Assembly: GCA_918292005.1 (NCBI GenBank)
Contig: CAKJZJ010000006.1
Span: 6,598 to 70,597, forward strand
Source: Clostridiales bacterium
GTDB lineage: Bacteria; Bacillota; Clostridia; Christensenellales; UBA1242
Reading direction: 5' to 3'
Length of the DNA: 64,000 bases
Shown here: piece after piece, positions 24,501-39,500 of the stretch
Layout: the number at the start of each line of letters is the position of its first letter
Position numbering within the stretch: position 1 is the stretch's first letter
Made by a program: the position numbers and the translations under genes
Notes under the pieces: model-generated
Databases searched by the model: none
Told to the model about the DNA's origin: nothing
What the model saw: only the letters and a program-made list of their open reading frames with translations

Positions 24501-27500
24501 AATGTTGTCGTTACCAATAATGCTAATGCACAGAGAATAGAACGTAAGAGTATTCTAGCTAGTAGCAATGTGATAGATAATAGTGTCCTAAATAAAGAGA
24601 CTAATAGAAGAACTACAACAATATATCTCAATTATGGTTCTATTACATCTACAGCTGTGAAAAATAGAATTGGTGGATTGGTTGGTGTAAATAATGGATT
24701 TATATCAAATAGTTCAGTCAATAATATTACTATCAAAGGTCTAGATTGTGTAGCAGGTTTCGTAGCAGAGAATACCAATACCATCAGTAGTAGTTACTTT
24801 GATGGTGGACACGTTTATGCACAGGTTTCTGCAGAGAATACTACTACCCTTGGTGCTAGTGCATTTGTATTCAATAATACTGGTAAGATTTATTATAGTT
24901 ATGCTACAGGTAGGGCAGTTAATCAGTCCAATAACTTTGATGTTAGCAATATCGACGATTTCTTCGGTACGAGTTATACATTCAAAGATCCTATTAGAAA
25001 TCTAGGAAGTGCTGTATATAGTGAGAGTGGAAATGTTACTGGATTTGTCTTTACCAATTCGGGCGTAATAGAAGATAGTTATTCTAATATATTGTTGTTT
25101 GGTAATAATGTTGCAGGATTTGTTCATACAAATAGTGGCGTTATTAGCAATGTATATACTCTATCATCTATTCGTGAATCAAATAGTAATAACCATCCAT
25201 TCATATCACTTTCTAATAATAACTTGACGACCAATAATAGTGGTACTATCAAGAGTGCATATTATCTGAGAGTGGACGATAAAGATATCAATTCTACATT
25301 TAATAAGACGGGTCATTCAGATAGATACAATATTGATGAGACTCTACAGATAGCATTGCCTATTAGCGTTGCGAAATTAAGTAGTTATAGCACATTTGAA
25401 TCGTTTGCATTTAATGCGAATAATGATAATCCTAATGATGATGTGCTACCAGCTATTGATGAAGTAGTGAGATCGGTATGGTTCTATCCACATGCCGAAG
25501 TTACCGATACAGGTTATTTCAGAAATAAACAATACAATAAAGCTGCTCCAGAATTGGTATCGGCCAACTTAAATAATCTGAGCCTAAAATACTATACTTC
25601 GGATAATGTGTTCAGTGTACAAGAAAGTGTATATAGTGGATTACTGCAGACTATTCCTCAGATCAAGATATTTAGAAATGATATTGATGTGGACATCACA
25701 GAAGTAAGTCCAGCAAGGCTATGTGCTTTGACCGATAAAGACAGAGATAGTGTTTTATTGGATATGAGAGCATACATTGATTTGAGTGAAGTTAATTCCA
25801 ATATTAAGGCACGTTATGCAAATCTGAATAGTACTATTCTGGATGAGTCAGTTATTACACTGTATAATGTCAATGTATATGTATCAGAAGACGAATACAA
25901 TACGTTGAATGATGATGTTAATGGTATTAGTATCAATGCAATTAAAGATATTCAATCACGAATTTTGAATATGGGTATTGGTGAAAATTATGCTTACATT
26001 AGAGTGATCTATACATTAGGTGATGCTCCTGATCAGATTAATAATTATGAGTATTCTTCTGTTTTAGAGAATTCTAGGGGTATTAGTATTGAATATGGCA
26101 ATAGTGTATTAAATCCATACTTAGTAAAAACTTCTAGAGATATTAATGTATTTATTAGACAGACTGATGATGAGGGAAGTAGTTTATTAGAAGATGGCAA
26201 TAATGCAAACTATATCTCAAAGAGTTATTTAAGACTCATTAATGATGTTTCTTACAATAAAACAGATTTAACAGCCAAAACATTTAATATTATATTTACT
26301 GGTTTGTTAGATGGTAATGGCATGCAGATATCCAATCTAAGAATTAATGCTAGTACAACCATATCTTCTAATGCCATAAATAAACAAATCGCATCCAATT
26401 ATAGCGAAGATGATTATTACGAATTAAGCGGTCGCGAATATGAAATTTCTGATAATCATGTAACTATAAATGGAGTAACATATACTGTATCTAATGGCAA
26501 AGTGCTGAATGGTACAGTCGAATTTGATGAAAAATATATAATAAAAGACAATAAAGTTCAACTAATTAGAAGTGCTACATCTCTGGGCTTGTTCGCTAAA
26601 GTAACATCTGGTGGTACGGTAAAAAATATAAAAGTTGGCGTATCCGAAGTTTATGGTACTGGTGTAAATTTTGTCGGTGCGATAGCCGGTCAAGCTATAG
26701 ATGCTAGACTATTTAATATTACACTTACTCAAGAGAGTAATGATACGGTAATCTATGGTTACAATATCGTTGGTGGTGTAGTTGGTAGGATTTCTGGTAG
26801 ATCTAATGTAGTTAATGTTACATCTGAATTATCAGTTATCTCCAATTATCATAGTGAATATAATTTATTTGATCCAAAGACTAATATTAACCTTAATTTA
26901 GGTGAAAATGGTGTAAATGGTTACAATATGTACATTGAGCCATCTAGGATTGGTGACGTATACACTCCATCTAATTTCAATGTTGTATCAATAGCCGGTG
27001 GTATTGCAGGCGTAATTGATTTGACTAGGAGTAGTGATGGATCTGAGAATACCGATGGTACAGATGGCTATGGACTAGGGAAAATTAGAAATACTACTGT
27101 ACAGAATGGCTTTGAAATTGTGGGAGAGATAGTTGGTGGTCTGTATGGTTATATAGGTCATGATACTGTTGTTTCTCTAGGTAAAGTATTTGTTGATAGT
27201 AATTCTAAATTAAATGCTACGAGAGTAGCAGGTGGTATTGCTGGTGTACTTAGACACGAGATTGCACGTAGTTATGTTAGCAATATAGAGTCTACACAGG
27301 CAGAAATTGACCAGTCTATTTCACAAATAGTTACCAATACCGAGCAGATATATGGTGACAAAATTAATAGTTCTGGTGCGCATGAGTTCTATGCTGGCAA
27401 TCCATACTTTATAGGTGGTCTGGTTGGTATTAATCTAGCTGGTACCATTAGAGATTCATATAATAGAGTGGACGTTATCAATCTAAATTCCTGCTATGCT

Positions 27501-30500
27501 GGTGGATTGATAGGTCTGAATTATGGTGGAACACTTCACTCTGTTTATACTACTGCAGACGTTTATGCATTCTATGGTATAGGTGGTATTGTTGGTTTGG
27601 CTTCTAAATTGGTGGATGCTGGTACATATAATTCGATTGTGTCCAATGAACAGAATCCTAAAGATCTGGATTACAAATTTATGCTATCCAATTATGATCA
27701 AGTATATGGTACCTTTACAGACAATGGCAATCTTACATTAAATGTTGAGGGTGTTGTGGCAATGAACCTATGGACACTAGAACATTTGAATACCCGTAGA
27801 CATCATATCAATATAAACGTAGCTAATTGTTATATAGGAACGATTGTAGGTAAATCTACTATTGGGACGCCTATTACTACTAGTGAAGATAGAATATTTG
27901 TGGAGACCATATATTCTATAGTGACATATACATTTGATTCGATTAATGCATATTCATCTAGTTCTTCCAAAAATACATTCAATGAGTTTAGATTAGTTCC
28001 AGATATTGGTAATATTGCACCTTATGAATGGTGGAATTATGATGGAAGTTTTGTAGTGGACAGTAATACCGGTGAGTATAATACAATACAAGTGGATACT
28101 AGTATCACCATTACTCAGAATGCAAGTAAAAAATATGAGATAGAGTCTGGCACATATACGTATAGTGGAAATATTGTAGAGTACAAATACGATTCCAATG
28201 GAAATTCAGATGCAAAAATAACAATTACTAGAAATGCTCATTTCTCAAGAATTAGAGAGTATTCTTCTGTAGTTTCTTTGAATGAGATTTTGAGTAGAAT
28301 TTACATTGCAGACTCTGCTAAAAATATAGATAGTAGATTGGGTGCAAGCAATGTAAACGACTTAGAGAATTGTGAAAGTGGCGAAATTCACTTTGATATT
28401 GGTGAAAACAAAACATTGAATGATGGTAAATATACCACACAACTCATCTATGATACTAATCATTGGGATGAATCTGTTTGGATGGGAATAGGTGTAAATC
28501 CATCCACACATAGCAAAACTGATGATTATATATTACCATTACATGCTATTAGACTTGATGATAGTGATGTTAATGTTTACACTTATGATGATTTATTAAG
28601 GGTTAATCATTTCCCTAATAGAACATATAAACTTATGAATGATATTGAAGTTCCTGATGGTGCAAAACCTTTGGCTTCCACAGGTAATCCATTCACAGGT
28701 AAGTTGGTTTCTAATGTTACTAATAATGATCATCCTGAGAAATACAAAATTATAATGCACTCTATGTCATCAGGTACATCTCTTGGATTATTCGCAGCAG
28801 TGAAGGGTGCTACGTTTAGCAATTTTGAATTAATTGTTACTCAGCCTCTCACTATCACCACTAGTATTAATGGTGCGACAGCTGCAGGTGCATTATTCGG
28901 TTATGGTTATTCTAAAGGTTATACACCAGTAGTTATTGATAATGTCAAAGTTACTTACTCAAAAACTAGTCATTTGTGTGAATTTAATAATGGATCTTCT
29001 GTAAATGATGATGGAAAGATTGTGACTGCTGGTAATAATTATTCAGCATCGTATATAGGTGGTCTGGGTGGATATGTAGCATCTGTAATTATGACAAATG
29101 TTACAGTAGAAGGTACAGATATCTCTGTTGCTGGATATACAGATAATGACCACAATTACAATATGTTTATAGGTGGATTGTTTGGACATGCTGGTATAGG
29201 TGGAGACATATCCACTCCATCAGATGATGTAAATATTATCAATCCTACTATCACACTAGGTGGGGTAGAATTTGCAGCAGGTGGTTATGATACATTGGCT
29301 GTAGGTGGTGCATTCGGTAGAGTTGTTAGCACCAATACAGTTAATAGCAACAATATAAGCAAGTTTAAATTACAATATCCTGTAGTATCAGTTGATATTC
29401 GCGCTCATGAGAATATTCATACTCATAAATCTGAATTTGTAAACTTTGATACCATTGGTATTGGTGCCCTTGCTGGTATTATAGAGGGCTTGCCTGCTGG
29501 CATTACATTCCAGATTGCAAGTAATAGTGGCGAAAAACTAATCACGAAAAATGGTGTTAATAGTGGTAGTGTCACAGTTAATAATGGTGGTGTATATGCT
29601 AGCTCTACGACTAGTGGACTAGGCAATATTAGTGTAGGCGGTGTATTTGGTCAGATTGGATCTAGAGATAAAGGTAATGTTAGTTTAAGTAATATCCAAT
29701 ACGATTTGGCCAGTGTTACATACAATCACAGCAATTCTGCACACCATTTAGATAGTACTATGATTAATAGCGACGTGAATGTAGGTACATTCGCAGGATC
29801 AATAATATCTTGTAATAGTTCCATATCCAATGTTATTGGTGAAACGATATTGAATTGGACTGCTAGCGAAGCAGATAGTGTTACCCTTAATATTGGTGGT
29901 GCGGTAGGTAAAGTGCTTTCTGGTACTCTAGACCATGTGATTATTTCGCAAAATATTAGTTCGTCTGCTCAAGTGAATTTAGGCGAAAAAACTACAGCTA
30001 ATATTGGTGGTTTGATTGGTAAATATTTGGGTGGTCTTGTAGGAAGAAGTGGTTATAATGGTACAATATCATTAGTTCTTGACAATAATCACAACCTTAA
30101 TGCCGAATTAAATGTTGGTGGTATTGCTGGATATGTAAATAATTACGATGCAATATCTCAGGTGTTTGCTTCGGGTAAAATTATAGTTGATGATAATACA
30201 AATAATTTCGAAGATATTGGTATATCCAATGTCGGTGGTCTTGTTGGATGTGTTTATGATAATGTACATATTAATGATTCATACTCTAGCAATACTATTG
30301 ATATGCTCAATAAATATGGTGCTGTATCTGGTATAATTGGCAGAGTTATAATTAGTAATGCAAATGCAATTATAAATAATGTGAATGATAATATATCTAT
30401 TACAGACACATATACTATATCCAATATCATTCTCACTCGTACTGCACATCATATGTCGGGAGTGGGTGGTATTGTAGGTATGGCAGTATCTACGGATGGC

Positions 30501-33500
30501 TATGATGTAGAGTCTTATATTATCCAGGATACAGCATACTATCTAGCAGAATTTGTAGTAGATAATAATTCCATTGGTACAGGTTTATCTGTAGAGCAGA
30601 TGTTATTCAGTGGTGAGTCATTTATGGCCAATACAAGTTGTTGGTCAGTTGCTGCTAATAAATATCCAATACTATCTTGGATGAATGATGGTTATGGTGA
30701 GTATATTGATTCTAGATTACAGCCTGAGACTACCGGTGGTATACAGGCAGGTAAAGCATATATACTCACATCACCTATGACTCTAGGCACACTCAATAAT
30801 AATGATATTTATTACAATTTAGGTAGTGCACCTGATGTTAATACTTTACAAATTAATACAATCGATAAATACTCTAGAGTATATGGTATTAGAGTGGGTA
30901 ATGCTTCATCCTCATCTGGTATCATTGGCACCAATAATGGTAAAGTAACAGCGACGCAGATAAGTTCAATTACAGCTGGTAATTATATCGCAACCAATAA
31001 TGGTATTGATATCAATCCTATGATTTCTTCAGTTGCTAGTGGGGCAAAAGTATATGGTACTCTTGATGGTTATGCTGTCTATGCTAGTGTTAATGGCTTA
31101 TCTGGCGTATTTACAGGTAATGGCACTGGTATGGTTATGTTATCTGTTGTAAAAGGTAATGTGAATGCCCTTAATGGTTTGCAAGTTAGGGATAGTTATA
31201 TCGATAATGGTACACAGATTCAATATTATAATAATGCTGGTACCAAACTGGCTCTAATGAGTTATGAAGATGCGACTAATGTATTCAATTTTGATACAGG
31301 ATTTGATTTCTATAATGATTGGATAATACTTCCATGTTCTGATACGGATTCGAACGCCGAAAAAGTTAATCGTCACTTTGGTAGGGTATTCCTTAGATGG
31401 GAATTGAAATTATCTATATCTGAGCTTGGTCATTGGTATAGTGAAGATATAGATATCTATAGTGATAATCAGACAGCATACAAAAATTATGTTTGGAATA
31501 ATTATATTAATGCTAAAGATGTCTTTAATAGTAGTAATATTGTCATAAGAGATAATAGTGTTACTATTAAAACTCCAGCTGGACTTGCGTATTTTGCAAA
31601 AGCAGTTAACCATGGCGAATATAAAGATAAAAATATCACTGTTAGAATATCGCTAGAATCTAGTCAAACATCATTAGATATGGGCAATAAATTATTTACA
31701 CCTATAGGTGGTGCGTTATTGCTTGGACATTACAATAATAATTACTTTGCTGGTACATTTAGTAATGCTAATATCACAAATCTTCTAATACTTACCAATT
31801 ATAATGCAGGATTGTTTGGTACTACTGCTGGTTCGTTTGGAAATATTACTATTTCAAATTCACTTATTCTTACTACTAGTGCATCTTTGGGTGCTCTAGC
31901 AGGTGTAGTCGATCGTGCCAATGGATCAACCAATGGTATTACTGTATCTCATACAGCATTATTACATACTATGCAAAATACAGAAATGGCCTATGTTGGT
32001 GGCGTAATTGGTGAATTAAAATTATCTACATACAACTTATATAATATATCCTTAAGTTCCGGAGATGCTGGTCTACATATTCATAATGGTACTAATGTTG
32101 GTGGTGCTATAGGATATATCACAGACTCCAATGTTGATATTGGTAAAATTGCCAATACTGTAGATGTTTTTGGTCAAGATGCTGTTGGTGGTATTGTAGG
32201 ATATATAGATGATGGATGCCAGGGTACATCTAGTGTCAGCATTCATGTTGCAGAGACTTATAGTTATGCTTCTATTTCATCTCAGTCTTATGCGGGTGGT
32301 TTGATTGGCTACTGTGCATCGCAAATACAATTCTCTGTATGTTACAATAATAGTGCAGTTGATGGTGAATATTCTGCGGGATTTGTTGGTAAATTTGATA
32401 GTGATTATATAGCGTTCAATGATTGTTATGTTACTAGAGGTGATGTAACCGATTATAATGGTGATACTAATGCTAAAAACTATAGAAATGAAGCTTACAC
32501 AATCACGAATATGAATGATAGCAATATTACGGGTACTCATATATCTTCATTTGCGAATGTCGAGAATGTACATGCCATAGTATCATTCCATCAGGCATAT
32601 GCATCATTTGCTAGACTCGTTGCAAGCAATTCTGGTAGTCAGATTATTAATCTAGTCAATCAGGGTAGTGTAAGTTATTACAAAACATTCCTATTTGATA
32701 TATCTGTTAGTAACGATGTAGAAATAAATGATAATAATCTAAATAGAATCAATCACTATAAATTGTCAGAGACTAACAATAATATTTTTGACGGTTGGTA
32801 TTCTAGATGGACACGTATTTCACAGAAAAACAATAATTATCCATGCTTATTATTTGGCTCAGATGTATTCTGGAGTAGTGATATCGCTCCTAGATTGGTA
32901 TCCAATTCTGTCTATGAAGTAAATAGTGTTGAACAACTAGCATATATAGCCGAACAAGTTAATTCCGGTAGGGATTTCTATGCTGGTAAAACAATCAGAG
33001 TAGTGGCTGATGAATTAGATTTTCAGAAAAAATTGTGGAATCCTATAGGTATCAATGAAATTAATAGTTTCCAGGGTACTATGGAATTTATTGGGACTGG
33101 TAATGGTGTTACAATTATCAATCTGACTACCAATGGTTATTATGATACGAGTGCGACTACTCTTGATCCATTATGGGACAATGTAGGCCTATTCGGTTAT
33201 ACAAAAAATGCAAAAATTAGTGGTAGGAGTATTACTTTTGAGACATATCAATTAACAGATGAAGAAGGATCTCATATTCTTGGTGCTGGGAATAATATTG
33301 CCGCTTTGATTGGTTGTGCTACCAATACCAATATCGATTTCACTGGTGATATTACAAATAATTTGAGTGTTCAAGGTTGTGGCTCCAATATTGGTGGTAT
33401 TATAGGTTTGTACCAGATAACTGGTAGTTCTTCTAGTTCTTATACATTCAAATTAACTGGTGGTATGACTAATAATGGTAGAATATCTGGAGATTTGACA

Positions 33501-36500
33501 GGTAAAACCATGGATAGTAATTATGTTGCTGGCGTTATTGGTAAGATAGATACATCTAGATATGCTAATTCTGTGACAATAAAAGCAGGTACTCTAGCTA
33601 ATAATGGTGAAGTGTGTCAAGTTTATGGCTATTCTGCAGGTGTAATATCATATATAGATAGTTCTAGCAATGGACTTGTAGTAGAAGTTGATAATATTAG
33701 TAGTGTCTCGAATATTGTTGGTAGAGATGGTTGGAATTACATTGGTGGTTTGATTGCTTATGCAAATGCAAATCTAGTAATTGGTCATGCAGAGTTAAAT
33801 AATAATAATAGTGAAAAAATTTATATTTCTGGTAGTGATAAAAATACTAGAGAGAATATTGGTGCATTACTGGGTTATGCAAAGAGTGTAACAATTAGTA
33901 GCGTAACATTAGACTCCAATACTGTTGAAATCGCTCCTAGGGGAAAAATTTCTGACGCACAAAACAATGCCAATATTGTTAATCAAGAAGTTGCTATTGG
34001 TGGATTATTTGGTAGAGTAGAGAATGACCTTACATTTAATCTAAGTAGTGACTTTACAGTAGATAAAATTAGATTTAATTGGATTACAGACGAAGTGGCT
34101 GCTACTAATAAAATTGACTGGAATAATGTTGGTGGTATAGTAGGTAAAGTCGGCAGACTCAGAATCATAGTAACGGGTAGTGATTCGAGAACAATTACCA
34201 TATCCGATAATAATGTCAAGGGTATGGGATATTTGGGTGGTTTTGCTGGATATGTTGGAGAATATCAACAGAGCAACCTTGCAGCAATTACTCTTAATAA
34301 TGTAAATGTTACAGAACTACCTGCAGGTAACAAAAACGATTATGCAGGATCTACAACTAACGAATTATATTTCACTAGTGTCGGTGGTGTGTTTGGTTAC
34401 ATTTCGAAATCTTTCAAACCTGTTTCAACGACTATTCCACCAGTAGAAATTTACAATATTACAACTAATGGTGGTACTATCACTGGTGTAACCAAATACA
34501 TTGGTGGTGTATTCGGTAGATTAAATAATGCTCAATTGTATAATGTTTACAATAATAATACTGTCTTAGGTGACGTCGTATCTGCCCAATTTGTTGGTGG
34601 TGTTGCTGGTAGAGTAGGTAGAACGGCAGCATTAGATGTAAATAATGGTGTAATAATTGAAGAAAGTTATAAAAATAGATCGTATCTAACTAGCATTTAT
34701 AATACCAAGACTGTTACTGGTAGTGTCCGTGTTGGTGGATTGTTCGGTGCTCTATATAATGCAGATGTGGAGAGATATAGTGTTTATGATGTATCTGAGC
34801 CTGAATCTCTAAGGATTGGTTCGGTAGATGGTGTAAATCATGCTAATTATATGGTTGGTGGTGTTATTGGTCATGCATCATACGTATACATTGATAATAC
34901 TTCGACACTAAGTGATAATAGTAAATACTCATTCTATGGTAGTCTGTATGGTAATAATCTAGTTGCCGGTATTATTGCTTATGCTCAATATACCAATATT
35001 AGAAGTGCTAGAGTAAATACTGTAGACTTTAAGGTAACAGGAGAAAACACTGATGATTCGCTTGTATTTAGTGATGGATTACCTAGTGCAGGTGGTGTAG
35101 TTGCTTATGCGGTTGGTCTAGATACCATCAATTACATAGATAATATTGATGTGATAGTAACCGAAGTTACACAAATTGCTTACGATACTCCATTTGTTAG
35201 ATTTGGTGGTGTCGCTGGTGCAACCGATCATATGATTATCAATGAAGTTTCTGCTAATATTGATGTATCAATTCAGTCGGGAATCTCTCAGGATAATATT
35301 AGGTCCATTGCATTTACTATGCAGAATACATCCAAAAATAGTAACTGGTATGTGAACCATTATGTATTCTATAGTGGTATTTCATTTATATCTGGTGACG
35401 AGGGTAGCAATATTACACTTGCTATGATATATGATTATCAATCCAGTCTAGATGCAGAGCCATTAGATGCAACATTTATCAATATGTCTAATACTGCAGT
35501 TTATTATAAATCTGGCAATGGTGCAGGTGAGGGCAAGGTAATGTACTATGACCATGGTCTTGCTCAAGGTTTGAAACCAATTGACGACGATATTGATGTA
35601 TTAGGTATATTCAATGAGTCTGCTCTTTGGACAGTATCATATGCTAATAGCAAATATTCTTTGACATTTGCTAGTGACATGCAACAACGTGCTAATCGTC
35701 TAGAAATAGCCGATTCTGCAAATAAAAAGGCCGGTTATGATTATGTCTATGTAGTAGATGATAATATTATTGGTGTAAATGATGATAATAGATTCTTGTA
35801 CTTATATTCTGCTATCAATAAACGTTATGATGTTGAAGGGATAGAACAAACAAAAATTTTAATTGATGTAAAAACTAATATCAATAATACCAAAAATACT
35901 ACAGATGGATCATTATGGTATCAGAGTCCAATAGGTACATATCATTATCCTATAGGCAAAATTACCATCAAAGGTAATGGTCATTCTATCAGAATGGGTG
36001 CTAAACTTATTCCAGGTAGTAGATTTGGTTCCGATAGTGTTTTATATGATAATTATGGCTTATTTGGTCAGGTTAATGAAAGTTTGAATATTACTGGTTT
36101 GACGATTAATGGTTCGTCTGCTCTTACTATTGGAGATACCCATGTAACAACATCGGATGTGCGTGATGTACAAAAATCTCTAGGTATTATATCTAGTAGA
36201 CTTACTGGACAAGTAGGTTTAACCAATGTAACTATTAATGCTAATATTGGTATCAGTGATTCCATGTACACTGCGGGAATTGCTGGCTATGTAACAGATA
36301 GTGCTATTACCATGAATGGTGTTACAGTCAATAGTAATATATTTGATGAAGATAACATTGGTACCAATGATAATATATACACAGCTGGATTATTTGCTTA
36401 TCTAAAGGAAAATGTAGATATTGTTTTGATTAGTAATGAATCAAAATATACAGGGACTCTACATGGTCGAAATTTAGCAGCTGGTATTGTGAACCATATG

Positions 36501-39500
36501 GATAAGAGTATCAGTATCGAGGCAAAAAATAATAGCGGAGATACTATTGAAGATAGATTACTTATCAATGATGGTCAAATATATGCTCACGTAGGTGTAT
36601 CATTAACGTCACTTGCTGCTGGTATTGCAGCACAAGTTGTAGGACCTGACATTCTGATTTCCAATGTTCAGAATGGTGAAAATGCCACTATTAATGCAGT
36701 AACATCTGCTGGTGTGGTAGGTGTAATAGTAGGTAATCAGTTGGAAATTAGACATAGTACAGTACTTGGCACGATAGGTTCGGCAGATAATACTCAACAT
36801 GCGAGTGGCTTTGTAAGTCGCGTATCGTTGACTACAGGTACAGGTGCGGTTGAATTGGTATTTGACGAATGTATCAATCACTCTGCTATCTATTCTCAAG
36901 ATGCAGTTGTCGGTGGATTTGTATCATATTCAAGTGGTTTGGGTTCGATTAATTATACTTTCAATAATTGTCTAAATAAATCGAATATTGATAAACTCGC
37001 TATTGAAGATTCAATCGTAGGTGGTCTAGTTGGTAAACTATCAAATGGCGATATGATCACTATTACGGATTCGCAGTCGGTAGGCAGTCTAAAAGCACAG
37101 ACTGTAGGTAGCCTTATAGGTTATGCTCTTATTAGAGACAATATGCCTAATATTTACATTAGTAATGAGATGGCGGAAGATGATTATACCATTGAAGGTG
37201 CTATTGCGGGTGGACTGATTGGTTGTATAAAGATGTTGACTCCAACTGCCAATCCTAATACACATCAAAATCAATTAGTTATAGATCCATTATTTGATGA
37301 TGGTGCAGTGATTGCAACATCGTTTGCTACGACATCAGAGCATATGAGCGTGGTTGGTACAGAATGTGCCGGTGGCATAGTTGGTAAATTTATTGGAAGT
37401 ACTGGTGCCACATTTGCATTTACTGATATGACTAATAATGCTACAGTAACATCAAATACTTCTGCAGGTGGACTAGTAGGATCTTCTAGTGTGGTACAAT
37501 TATCATTTACTAATTGTTGTAATACTGGTACAATATCTGCCGACGACAATGTTGGTGGTATAATAGGACATACAATCCAAGATGATATAGTCGAGATTTC
37601 ATTCGAGAATACTACAGTATCGGGTAATGTAACAATTACAGATCCAGACGGCTATGCTGGTGGTGTCATTGGTTATACTGACAATGTAAAAATTAGTGGT
37701 AATGTAGTAGTTTCTGCAGAAATTAATGCTCCTAAGAATGTAGGCGGTGTTGTTGGTTTCGGTGTAAATGATTTGATTTCTATTGAAGCATTAATAACTA
37801 GTGAATTGTCAGGTGAATTTGTTGGTGGCTTGGTTGGTATTGCTGGACCTATGTCAATATCTGAGTCATCTGTATCAGATGCTATGATTAGTGCTGATGC
37901 AGATGTTGGTTATGCTGGTGGAGCAATTGGTATGTATCATAATAATTTAGGATATGAACAGAATTTCACAGTCGAAAATACTACAATCTCCAATTGCTTT
38001 ATAACAGGTAAATATGTGGCTGGTTTGGTAGGAAAATTGAGTGGTGATACAACTATGATAATTATTACAAACAATACTGTTAGCGATATTACACTCACAT
38101 CTACCAATGGTAATGGTTATGCTGGTGGATTAATAGCCAAATTAGTTGATCAGTATATTTGCAATATTAGGGGGAATACCATTCACAATATTATCTTTAT
38201 TGCCACAGACAATACTACGGAAACATTCAAGACCTACTATGGTGTGAATGATTCTATTGTAAATATATTCTGGTACACAGATACGCTTAATTATGTTACA
38301 GCAAATCCTGCTACAGGTGATTCTGGTTATTCCTATCATACATATGCTACATACGGTGGTGGTACAGAGACCAGATCATTATCGTATGGTAAATTTACGG
38401 CTTATGGATTCGTAATAGGTAATAATCAGAATTATGATGCTAGCAATAATTTGGATACATCATACACCGTCGATATGGACTCTGTAATAAACAATGTACC
38501 TATCAGTACGGATACGTATTATACTATCAGTATCCCAGGCGAAACGGTCTACAATGCTCCAGCTGTTGACTTGGAACTAGTGTCTAATAGTCCTGAGTAC
38601 AATCTAAATGTATTACAACAAAATTGGTGGTCTACAATATCACAAAGTTCTGCTTCGGCTAAAATGTTATATCGTATAACCAAAGTAGCTAATGACTACT
38701 CACCAATAGATGTTATTTGTGCCAATCTTCAGGAACAAAGCCCATCAAAGAATGTTGGATTTATGGCAGGTGTTACCGAATATTCAGGCAGCTCACCTAC
38801 ATACAATTCCAGTGCTTCTTCGATGCCTTTGTCTTACAGTAGCACAGGTATTAGCAATACACATGTAGAACTTAATGGTAGTTCGGCAGAGATTTATGGT
38901 AAAATTCTTTCTATCTATGACTCCAATGGTAAAACATTGAGTCAAGATAGAAAGGATATAACCAAATGGGCAATGTACACATTTGTCGGTATTGATGGGA
39001 ATAATAGAAATTCGTCAAATTCAAATTTCGAGTATGAATCGCAACATGTCAACTTCTACACCAGTGACGTGTCTAAATGTAATAATTCGTATGGTGGCAT
39101 TAGATATTATGATTGGAGTGGTACGGGCATTAGATACTATTATATCAACGACATAATAAATGCAGTAAGAAATGGTGCAAAGGGTGGAATATCCAATAAA
39201 GATCAAGCAATAGCAGCTAATGCATATTGGACTACAGATTGCTGTGGCTTTATTAGAATGGTTTACTTCGCACTAGGTTGTGGTGTTGATGATGGCAATG
39301 ATAGCAATACTCTTCATGGTAATGTGGTTAGAAATTATCCAAATGGTAATATTCGCAGATCGATAAATGAAGTCAATGGTAATTTTTATGACAACATTTT
39401 ACCAGGGGATGTAATATATTCAGTTGGATATGATGTTAATCACATTCTCATGTTTACGTACTATGAGAATGGTATTTACCATTTCGTTGACCAGTCCAAT

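Noticed and set aside
285-39206. Dozens of 60-125 aa ORFs antisense to, or out of frame within, the giant genes
   Set aside because: Shadow ORFs caused by codon bias; no recognisable motifs and fully overlapped by the long ORFs.
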